This document shows, in pieces, positions 10,092-17,356 of a DNA stretch of 64,000 bases. Within the stretch, counting starts at the first letter, position 1. Each line of letters opens with the position of its first letter. A model generated the notes under the pieces. It saw only the letters and a program-made list of their open reading frames with translations. It was not told the origin of the DNA and did no database searches. The translations under genes were made by a program, and so were the position numbers. Source of the DNA: an uncultured Mycoplasmatota bacterium (GTDB lineage: Bacteria; Bacillota_I; Bacilli_A; RF39; UBA660); contig UROI01000002.1 of the NCBI GenBank assembly GCA_900549325.1, positions 81 to 64,080 on the forward strand, written 5' to 3'.

Positions 10092-10175
10092 CTTATATAT
10101 AATAGGCATACTGATGCATTATTCTTAGACTAGAATTAGGCTAAGAATAACACTAAAAGACCTTGGCTTTTAGTG
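10092..10175 (+). repeat. Tandem-hairpin intergenic element, copy A
   Basis: CTTATATATAATAG, then GCAT-ACTG-ATGC mini-hairpin. Then ATTCTTAG-ACTAGAATTAGG-CTAAGAAT and CACTAAAAG-ACCTTGG-CTTTTAGTG. Confidence 0.7.
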
Positions 10176-10185
10176 AAAGGAATAG

Positions 10186-10215
10186 AAAAAAATTCTATTA
10201 TTATTAGTAATAGAA
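10186..10215 (-). terminator. Rho-independent terminator of the lipoprotein gene
   Basis: Minus strand: TTCTATTA-CTAATAA-TAATAGAA followed by seven T. Confidence 0.7.
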
Positions 10216-10223
10216 CTTTAGCT

Positions 10224-10766
10224 TTATTTACATGTTAATCCACGGTCTGTATATGTTTTCTTTAGAGTATTAAAATCTCTATTTATACCAAAGTTAGTTA
10301 TATCAGTATCTGTTAATTTTGTTAAATCGTAGGTGTATGTTACACTATAATCATTATCGTTATCATTATCTATTTTGGTAGTAAATCCTTCTGTATTGGT
10401 ATAACTTCCAAATCTAGTATTATGTCTAGTTTTTATACCTGCAATATCTAGAATTGTATCTGCTACTCCTGTTACTACATCATCTAATGCTTCTCCTACT
10501 ACACCATCTACGATACCATTGCTATCAGGATCTTTATCACTAGTTGTACCATCTGTACCTGTTCCTACTCCATCGGTATGATTATCTTTATAATCATAAG
10601 TAGCTGTTAGTTTTTTTACATCATTTCCATCGTATTCTATCATGTACTTTGTCTTGGCTGTGATATTACCTGATTTTGTTTCACTAGTACAAGTTAGTGT
10701 TTTGGTATTGGCTGTACATCCTGAAAGAACTGCAATTACGGCAATTATTAGTAGTACTTTCTTCAT
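10224..10766 (-). CDS. Putative lipoprotein
   Basis: Signal peptide with lipobox MKKVLLIIAVIAVLSGC. Mature part is T/D/G-rich. Confidence 0.75.
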   Translation of the reverse strand: MKKVLLIIAVIAVLSGCTANTKTLTCTSETKSGNITAKTKYMIEYDGNDVKKLTATYDYKDNHTDGVGTGTDGTTSDKDPDSNGIVDGVVGEALDDVVTGVADTILDIAGIKTRHNTRFGSYTNTEGFTTKIDNDNDNDYSVTYTYDLTKLTDTDITNFGINRDFNTLKKTYTDRGLTCK

Positions 10767-10831
10767 ATTTATTACTCCTTTCCAATATTAGTATTGACAA
10801 TTGTTAGTAATATAGTATTGGTATTTTTTGG

Positions 10832-10864
10832 TAATTTTAAAAGGCAGTTATTACTAACTACCTT
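10832..10864 (-). terminator. Rho-independent terminator of asnS
   Basis: Minus strand: AAGGTAGTTA-GTAA-TAACTGCCTT (one G-U pair) followed by TTTTAAAATT. Confidence 0.6.
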
Positions 10865-10874
10865 TGGTATTATT

Positions 10875-12248
10875 TTAATAATCACAGTTTCCTGGAGTTC
10901 TAGGATATGGTATTACATCTCTTATGTTATCTACTCCTGTTAGATAGATAAGTAATCTTTCAAAGCCCATACCGAATCCTGAGTGAGTACATCCACCGAA
11001 TTTTCTAAGGTTTAGGTACCACTGCATTGATTCTTCTTCCATTCCTAGTTCATTCATTCTATTTAATAATTTATCATAGTCTTCTTCTCTTTGACTACCA
11101 CCCATTAGTTCTCCTGCTCCTGGAACTTCTAGGTCTACTGCTGCAACTGTTTTACCATCTGGGTTTTGTTTCATATAAAAGGCTTTGATATCTTTTGGCC
11201 AATTTTTTATGAATACTGGACCACCAAAGTATTCTGTTATGTATTTTTCATGTTCTCTAGCGATATCTTCACCATATTCTGGTTCGAATTCCCATTTTAC
11301 TTTGGCTTCTTTTAGTATTCTTATTACTTCTTCATGATCTACTCTAGTGAAGTGGCTATTTATTAGTTTATTTAATTTTTCTAATAGGCCTTTTTCGACG
11401 AATTTATCAAAGAATTCCATCTCGTTTGGACAATTATCTAGGACATATTTTACTACATACTTTAGCATGTCTTCCATGATGTCCATGTCTCCTTCAAGGT
11501 CACAGAAGGCTATTTCTGGCTCTATCATCCAAAATTCTGAAGCATGGGTTTTGGTGTTAGAATTTTCCGCTCTAAAGGTTGGTCCGAATGTATAGGTCTT
11601 TTTGTAAGCCATAGCAAATGTTTCAGCCTCTAGTTGTCCGGATACGGTAAGAGCAGCCATTTTTCCAAAGAAATCTTTTGAGTAGTCTACTTTTCCTGTT
11701 TCTGCTACTTTGTTTAAGTCTAGTGTTGTTACTTGGAACATTTGGCCTGCGCCTTCACAGTCTGATGCTGTTATTAATGGAGCATGGAAATAAACATAAT
11801 TACGCTCTTGGAAATATTTATGAATAGCATAAGCCGCTACACTTCTTACTCTAAATACAGCATTAAATAGATTTGTTCTTGGTCTTAAATAAGCTATTTC
11901 TCTTAAGAATTCTCTTGTTGGTCTACCTTTGGCTTGAAGTGGGTAATCATCTGGGCAGTCGCCTTCAAGAACAAATGAAGTCATAGATAATTCAAATGGT
12001 TGACCTTCTTTTGGTGACTTTATTAATTTACCTGTTACAGTAATAGCACTACCTAATTTTAATTTTGTTACTTCTTCAAAATCTTTTAGGCTATCATCAT
12101 ATACTACTTGTAATCCTTTGAAGCAAGTTCCATCTGATAAATCTATGAATCCAAAGTGAGCTTGTTTTCTATGACTTTTAATCCAACCACTTACGGTGAT
12201 TTCTTGTCCTATATAATCTTTTAAATATAATTCTTTAATATCTAACAT
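10875..12248 (-). CDS. asnS: Asparagine--tRNA ligase
   Basis: 457 aa class IIb aaRS. C-terminus HSGFGMGFERLLIYLTGVDNIRDVIPYPRTPGNCDY matches the AsnRS signature. Confidence 0.9.
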   Translation of the reverse strand: MLDIKELYLKDYIGQEITVSGWIKSHRKQAHFGFIDLSDGTCFKGLQVVYDDSLKDFEEVTKLKLGSAITVTGKLIKSPKEGQPFELSMTSFVLEGDCPDDYPLQAKGRPTREFLREIAYLRPRTNLFNAVFRVRSVAAYAIHKYFQERNYVYFHAPLITASDCEGAGQMFQVTTLDLNKVAETGKVDYSKDFFGKMAALTVSGQLEAETFAMAYKKTYTFGPTFRAENSNTKTHASEFWMIEPEIAFCDLEGDMDIMEDMLKYVVKYVLDNCPNEMEFFDKFVEKGLLEKLNKLINSHFTRVDHEEVIRILKEAKVKWEFEPEYGEDIAREHEKYITEYFGGPVFIKNWPKDIKAFYMKQNPDGKTVAAVDLEVPGAGELMGGSQREEDYDKLLNRMNELGMEEESMQWYLNLRKFGGCTHSGFGMGFERLLIYLTGVDNIRDVIPYPRTPGNCDY

Positions 12249-12263
12249 AATAATTCCTTCTTT

Positions 12264-12629
12264 CTACTTTGTGCTTCCTGTTAGTAATCTCTTATTTATG
12301 ATACTAGCAGATCTATTAACATCTTTTAATAACTTGTTATATAGATTTGGGTAATGTCTTAATGCCAGAATAAACTGAACATCTTCGTAGGAGATAGCCC
12401 CTATGTATGTTTTGTTTTCTTCATTTTTAACGGCTACTTCTCTACCTAATAAGTAATCTGCAGTTGTTTCTAATACTTCTGATATTTTTACTAAATTGTC
12501 TAAAGTTGGAAGTCTTGTTCCATTTTCGTAACCACAAATTGATACTTTGGTAACTCCTATTGCTGTTCCTAATTCCTGCTGGGAAAAACCTCTTTTCATT
12601 CTTAACTCTTTTAATCTTTTTCCTATCAT
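12264..12629 (-). CDS. XRE-family HTH transcriptional regulator
   Basis: IGKRLKELRMKRGFSQQELGTAIGVTKVSICGYENG is a classic HTH_3 domain. Confidence 0.85.
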   Translation of the reverse strand: MIGKRLKELRMKRGFSQQELGTAIGVTKVSICGYENGTRLPTLDNLVKISEVLETTADYLLGREVAVKNEENKTYIGAISYEDVQFILALRHYPNLYNKLLKDVNRSASIINKRLLTGSTK

Positions 12630-12799
12630 TGTATTTATTACCTTTCTTTATTAGTTATCTCCTTGTTAATATTATTTTATAACAAAATGGGTAAAAAGTA
12701 CATATTTATTTACTAAATTTTACTAAAATATATAGGTTTTATGGGAATTTATCTGTTTATTTTATTATTATTTTCCATATTTTTAATTTTATTATTATT

Positions 12800-12842
12800 T
12801 TTTAATAAATTTAGAGAAAGTAGATTACTCTTCTACTTTCTC
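12800..12842 (-). terminator. Hairpin overlapping the ssb stop codon (probable terminator)
   Basis: Perfect 11-bp stem GAGAAAGTAGA / TCTACTTTCTC spans the TAA. The trailing U-tract is weak. Confidence 0.5.
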
Positions 12843-13214
12843 TTCTTGATCTTCAGATAATTCTTCGACCACTGTATCACTTTTTCTACGTTGGGGGTTG
12901 GATGTTAGAAATGTGACTTTTTCGGCGATTATCTCGGTTTTCTTTCTTTTCGTTCCTTCGGGTGTTTCTACTACTCTGGTCTGAAGACGACCTTTGATGC
13001 CAATCATATCACCAGTTTCACAATATTCACTAGTGGATTCTGCTACTGCAGACCATAGAGTGCAATCTAAGAAATCTGTATCGTATTCACCATTGGAATT
13101 TTTATAATTTCTTGGGACTGCTAGTGTTAGAGTGGCCATCTTTTTACCATTTTCTGTAACTTTTGTTTCAGGGGCTCTTGCTATTCTACCTACTAGAACT
13201 ATTTGATTAACCAT
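12825..13214 (-). CDS. ssb: Single-stranded DNA-binding protein, non-canonical C-terminus
   Basis: OB-fold N-terminus MVNQIVLVGRIARAPE...LWSAVAE...IGIKGRLQTR. Start set to MVNQ behind an AAGGAGG RBS. Tail ends EEKVEE rather than D-D-D-(I/L)-P-F. Confidence 0.85.
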   Translation of the reverse strand: MVNQIVLVGRIARAPETKVTENGKKMATLTLAVPRNYKNSNGEYDTDFLDCTLWSAVAESTSEYCETGDMIGIKGRLQTRVVETPEGTKRKKTEIIAEKVTFLTSNPQRRKSDTVVEELSEDQEEKVEE

Positions 13215-13405
13215 AGTTTTCCTCCTTTCCAGAGCCAATATATCACACTATATTTTTGGCGGCAAATGAGTAAAAATGGTTTTCGGTGGTTAAAAATGTA
13301 AAGAAAAAGAACCTTTAGATTTCTAAAAGTCCTTGCTTTATTTTTTTAGTACCTTTAAAAGATGTTTTTGGGTAAAATTACTACTTTACACAAATTTGAC
13401 ACTTT

Positions 13406-14683
13406 TTATAATCCTAATTCTTTGATTATGGCATCTGATATAGCATTTGCTAGTTTATCTTGGCTATTTATTAAAATATCTAAGTCACTTTGATTTGATA
13501 GATAGCCTAATTCTAGTAGATATGATTCATTGGCTATATTGTTTTTGTAGTATGGGTTTACTCCTACTTTATCAGGATTGCTATCGTCAACATAGGCTCC
13601 AGTTAGGTAACCGCCTGTTTCTCTTATCATATATAGATAGTTGGATTTTTCGGTTACGTTATATGGTTTGTATCCTTTTTCTTCATAGCCTTCAAGGGAC
13701 GATTCTATTTCTTTAGTGGTAAAGTTATGAGTATAGATGCCATTAAATTCTTTATATAATTTATTACTTGAATATCCTAAATCGGTATAAGAAGTGATAT
13801 TGTCTACGAGTGACTTGGCTAAATCATAGTTTATTCCTTTAGCGGTATATATTTCTATTCCTCTTACTTTTGAAGATGTACTTTTATTGATATGGATAGA
13901 GAATGTATATTTTGATTTTACTTCATTTGGTATTACTGCTCTTCCATGCTTATTGTATTCATCCATTACTTCGTTTTTGGTTAAGTCACCTTCATCATGA
14001 GTTAGTTTTACTTTGATGTTTTTCTTTTCTAGATTTTCTTTTATTTTTTTACTGATATCCATAGTGAAGTCAGTTTCTTTATAGTCATTTGCGGTTCCTC
14101 CGCCATCCATTCCACCATGGCCTGGATCGATAGTTATATCATATATTTCTTTATCTTTATTTTCTATTATGTCAAACATCATTGTCTTGTAGTCATTATT
14201 TGAGTTTATTAAGATTTTATTGTTATATTTTGAAAGTGTATAGTAGGTACTTTCTTTATATTCAGTTTTGTTATCAAGGGCATAGTATTTTACTATAGGT
14301 TCGTCTTTGTTTTCTTCATTTTTATACGTTAATTTTAAGAATAAATAATAGGTATCTCTTGGTATGTCATCTAAATATAATCCTTCATTTATTTCTTTAC
14401 TAGTATAGAAACTTATTTTATTATCTTCACTATCTACTTCTATGTCAAAGTCTTTATCTTTACCATTATATAGTGTTAGTTTTATATCGTCATAGCTTTT
14501 ATCTGATAATTCTAGGCTTCCTTTGATATTGAAACGATTTCCATACATATAGTATTCTTCTACTGCTACTTTTTCTGGTTCAGGGGTTATTTTAGGAACT
14601 TTGTTTATGTAATTGACATAGATAAAGTAACCTAGAAAACCTAATACTATTAATACTCCTATTGTTATTATTATTTTTTTCAT
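13406..14683 (-). CDS. Membrane-anchored N-acetylmuramoyl-L-alanine amidase (Amidase_3)
   Basis: N-terminal TM helix. C-terminal ITIDPGHGGMDGGG...FSIHIN motifs of the Amidase_3 family. Confidence 0.85.
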   Translation of the reverse strand: MKKIIITIGVLIVLGFLGYFIYVNYINKVPKITPEPEKVAVEEYYMYGNRFNIKGSLELSDKSYDDIKLTLYNGKDKDFDIEVDSEDNKISFYTSKEINEGLYLDDIPRDTYYLFLKLTYKNEENKDEPIVKYYALDNKTEYKESTYYTLSKYNNKILINSNNDYKTMMFDIIENKDKEIYDITIDPGHGGMDGGGTANDYKETDFTMDISKKIKENLEKKNIKVKLTHDEGDLTKNEVMDEYNKHGRAVIPNEVKSKYTFSIHINKSTSSKVRGIEIYTAKGINYDLAKSLVDNITSYTDLGYSSNKLYKEFNGIYTHNFTTKEIESSLEGYEEKGYKPYNVTEKSNYLYMIRETGGYLTGAYVDDSNPDKVGVNPYYKNNIANESYLLELGYLSNQSDLDILINSQDKLANAISDAIIKELGL

Positions 14684-14686
14684 TTT

Positions 14687-15994
14687 TTAATCTCCTATAT
14701 TTAATTTTAATAATCTATTTAGTTCGACAGCATATTCCATTGGTAGTTCCTCTCTAAAGGCTCCAATAAAGCCCATTATTATTAATTCTTTGGCTTTTTC
14801 ACTATCTATACCTTTACTCATTAGATAGAAGAGTTTATCTTCAGATATTTTGGATACTGTGGCTTCATGTTCCATAAATGATGAGTTGTTATTTACTATA
14901 TTGGTTGGAATGGTATCACTCTTGGATATTTCATCTAGTATTAGGGTATCGCATTTTACTGAGGCTTTGGAATTTATTGCATTTTTAGATATTTTTACTG
15001 TACCACGATAGACTGCTAGTCCACCACCTGATGCTATTGATTTGGATACGATATTGCTTTTGGTATTCTTACCTAAGTGAATCATTTTGGCACCGCTATC
15101 TTGAATTTGTCCTTTTCCTGCGGCTGCTACAGTGATACAACTTCCTCTTGAATAATCGCCTTTTAAAATACAACACGGATATTTCATATTTGTTTTTGAA
15201 CCGATGTTTCCATCTATCCACTCCATTAAGCCATTTTCTTCAACAATTGCTCTTTTGGTGACTAAGTTATAAACATCACTGGACCAGTTTTGAATGGTAG
15301 TATAACGACATTTGGAATTCTTACCAACAAATATTTCTACTACAGCAGCATGAAGGGAATCTTCAGTGTATGTTGGAGCAGTACAGCCCTCGATATAATG
15401 TAGTTCACTATCATCATCGACAATTATTAGGGTTCTTTCAAACTGACCCATGTTTTTGCTATTTATTCGAAAGTAACTTTGAAGTGGTCTATCTAAGTGA
15501 GTATGTGGCGGGATATAGATAAATGTTCCTCCTGACCATACGGCACCATTTAGGGCAGTAAACTTGTTTTCATTATATTTGACTAATGTATTAAAATATT
15601 TTTTAAAGATATCAGGATGTTCTCTTAGGGCGGTATCGGTATCACAGAAAATAACATTTTTCTTTTTTAATTCTTCATTCATATTGTGATATATTACTTC
15701 ACTATCATACTGGGCTCCTACTCCATCTAGATATTTCTTTTCTGCGGATATTACTCCTAAATCATCAAATAGATTTCTTACTTCACATGATATATTATTC
15801 CAATTATCAGTTAGATTATCCTCTCTTTGTTTATAATAATTTATACTATCATAATCTATGTCTAGTTTGGGACCAAAGCTTGGATTACTACTTTTATCAA
15901 AGGCATCTAGAGATGTTAGTCGAAAATCTAACATCCATGATGGTTCTTTTTTTATTTCAGATATTTGTTTTACTACTTCTTTTGTTAACTTCAT
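14687..15994 (-). CDS. sufB: Fe-S cluster assembly protein SufB
   Basis: HYIEGCTAPTY...TIQNWS...KGQIQDSGAKMIHLGKNTKSNIVSKSI match the conserved SufB core. Confidence 0.85.
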   Translation of the reverse strand: MKLTKEVVKQISEIKKEPSWMLDFRLTSLDAFDKSSNPSFGPKLDIDYDSINYYKQREDNLTDNWNNISCEVRNLFDDLGVISAEKKYLDGVGAQYDSEVIYHNMNEELKKKNVIFCDTDTALREHPDIFKKYFNTLVKYNENKFTALNGAVWSGGTFIYIPPHTHLDRPLQSYFRINSKNMGQFERTLIIVDDDSELHYIEGCTAPTYTEDSLHAAVVEIFVGKNSKCRYTTIQNWSSDVYNLVTKRAIVEENGLMEWIDGNIGSKTNMKYPCCILKGDYSRGSCITVAAAGKGQIQDSGAKMIHLGKNTKSNIVSKSIASGGGLAVYRGTVKISKNAINSKASVKCDTLILDEISKSDTIPTNIVNNNSSFMEHEATVSKISEDKLFYLMSKGIDSEKAKELIIMGFIGAFREELPMEYAVELNRLLKLNIGD

Positions 15995-16089
15995 TTTTTC
16001 ACCTTGTTTCTACACTTATTATAAATGAAAATATATTTTATGTAAAGAAAAAAACGGCCTATTTACATGGATAGACAGTTTTTTTACTT

Positions 16090-16830
16090 TCACTCAACTA
16101 TATTTGATTTTGTCTCAAAACCATTTAAATAATAATTTGGTATCTTGCCTTGAATTACTTTCATTCCGATGGGAATACTGGCACTTATATTTAAGTCTTC
16201 TGTTGATATAGGTAAGATTACTTTAGTGGTTACGGATATATTTACTAATACTTTTAATAGGGCATTATTTATACCATACTCTACTACTTCGGTACTAAAG
16301 TTTGTTGATACGTCTCCTAGTAAAGACATTTTTACTGGTATTTTAGGACCTATGTTAGATAAAAGGCTAGAACCTGTGGTTAGTCCAAAGGGTATTGCAC
16401 ATATTATTCTTTTTGATAGTAAGTCCATGTTGTAATTACTTAGACTATTATCTGGTAATTCTAACATATCTATTTTACCTTCTTCGACTGCACGAAGGTT
16501 TAATTCAACAAGGCTTGTCATTGTACTTAATACTTTGGACGTTTTTTTAGTATCAAAATCTATTAAAATTATTTCTCCTTCTTTATTATATGTTATTTTA
16601 AATAATTCCTCAACATCCATATTATATAACTGCTTTGTTACGGCTTTGTTTATAATTAGTATGGTTAGCTTTTGGGTTTCTGCTTCAGCATATGATTTTA
16701 ATATTGGATATGCTTTTTTAGAATAATAATTTATAAATGTAAGTGATAGTATCATAACAGATGTTAATATTAATAAAATTATTAGCAGAATATTATGTTT
16801 TTTATTTTTTTTCTTTAATATCATTCTCAT
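16090..16830 (-). CDS. yunB: Sporulation protein YunB
   Basis: N-terminal TM. The segment LSNIGPKIPVKMSLLGDV...YGINNALLKV...VIQGKIPNYY aligns to B. subtilis YunB. Confidence 0.85.
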   Translation of the reverse strand: MRMILKKKNKKHNILLIILLILTSVMILSLTFINYYSKKAYPILKSYAEAETQKLTILIINKAVTKQLYNMDVEELFKITYNKEGEIILIDFDTKKTSKVLSTMTSLVELNLRAVEEGKIDMLELPDNSLSNYNMDLLSKRIICAIPFGLTTGSSLLSNIGPKIPVKMSLLGDVSTNFSTEVVEYGINNALLKVLVNISVTTKVILPISTEDLNISASIPIGMKVIQGKIPNYYLNGFETKSNIVE

Positions 16831-16852
16831 ACTAAAATATATGATATTTAAA

Positions 16853-17128
16853 TTATTTTAAAGCATTTAATCCACCTTTTATTGATTTTGTATTGTAACC
16901 AAATTCATTTAATCTTTTACTTATTTCGAGGCTTTGTTTTCCTTCTTCACAATAAAGATAATATATATTATTTTTATTTAAATAATGTGAAAAATTATTT
17001 AATAAGTTATAGTAAGGTATATTTATTGAATTCTTTATATGTGAAATACTATATGAATAGTTATCTCTAATATCAATTATAATTGGGTTAGAAATTTTTT
17101 TTAATTCATTTAATGATATTGTATTCAT
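16853..17128 (-). CDS. Rhodanese-like domain protein
   Basis: 91 aa. IIDIRDNYSYSISHIKNSINIP...YLYCEEGKQS has an active-site-loop Cys. Confidence 0.75.
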   Translation of the reverse strand: MNTISLNELKKISNPIIIDIRDNYSYSISHIKNSINIPYYNLLNNFSHYLNKNNIYYLYCEEGKQSLEISKRLNEFGYNTKSIKGGLNALK

Positions 17129-17211
17129 ACTTACACCTCACTATAATATATTAAATTTTTATTATGGTGAAAAGTTAATAAACACAATAATTTCTTATTT
17201 TATTTGTTTTT

Positions 17212-17283
17212 CACTTCAGGCCTAAGGTCCTGAAGTGTTTGTTTAAGCCTTAGGTCTTAAACAAAGAGCTATTATATATAAGC
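17212..17283 (-). repeat. Tandem-hairpin intergenic element, copy D (inverted relative to the other copies)
   Basis: Minus strand reads CTTATATATAATAG, then TTTGTTTAAG-ACCTAAGG-CTTAAACAAA, then CACTTCAGG-ACCTTAGG-CCTGAAGTG. Confidence 0.7.
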
Positions 17284-17322
17284 ATAATTTATATATTTAG
17301 ATTAGAATGGTAGGATATTTGC

Positions 17323-17353
17323 AAAAAAAAAGCCTCTAATAATTAAAGGCTTT
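17323..17353 (-). terminator. Rho-independent terminator of the coupling-protein gene
   Basis: Minus strand: AAGCCT-loop-AGGCTT followed by nine T. Confidence 0.7.
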
Positions 17354-17356
17354 ATA

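Noticed and set aside
10092-10105. CTTATATATAATAG as a sigma-A -10 region driving small RNAs.
   Set aside because: It contains TATAAT, but no conserved -35 or TG extension lies at the right spacing in copies A-D. The motif also pairs as the 3' arm of an upstream hairpin. It is kept as part of the repeat rather than called a promoter. Transcript mapping could revive the idea.
12249-12263. T-box leader or other riboswitch upstream of asnS.
   Set aside because: Only 15 nt separate asnS from the XRE gene. The 195-nt region upstream of the XRE gene shows no specifier or T-box sequence.
13300-13345. Possible seventh, degenerate hairpin-family copy (CTAAAAG-TCCTTG-CTTTATTTTTTAG) between the amidase gene and ssb.
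   Set aside because: The stem is imperfect, there is only one hairpin, and the unpaired A is replaced. This is too weak to call without a covariance model.
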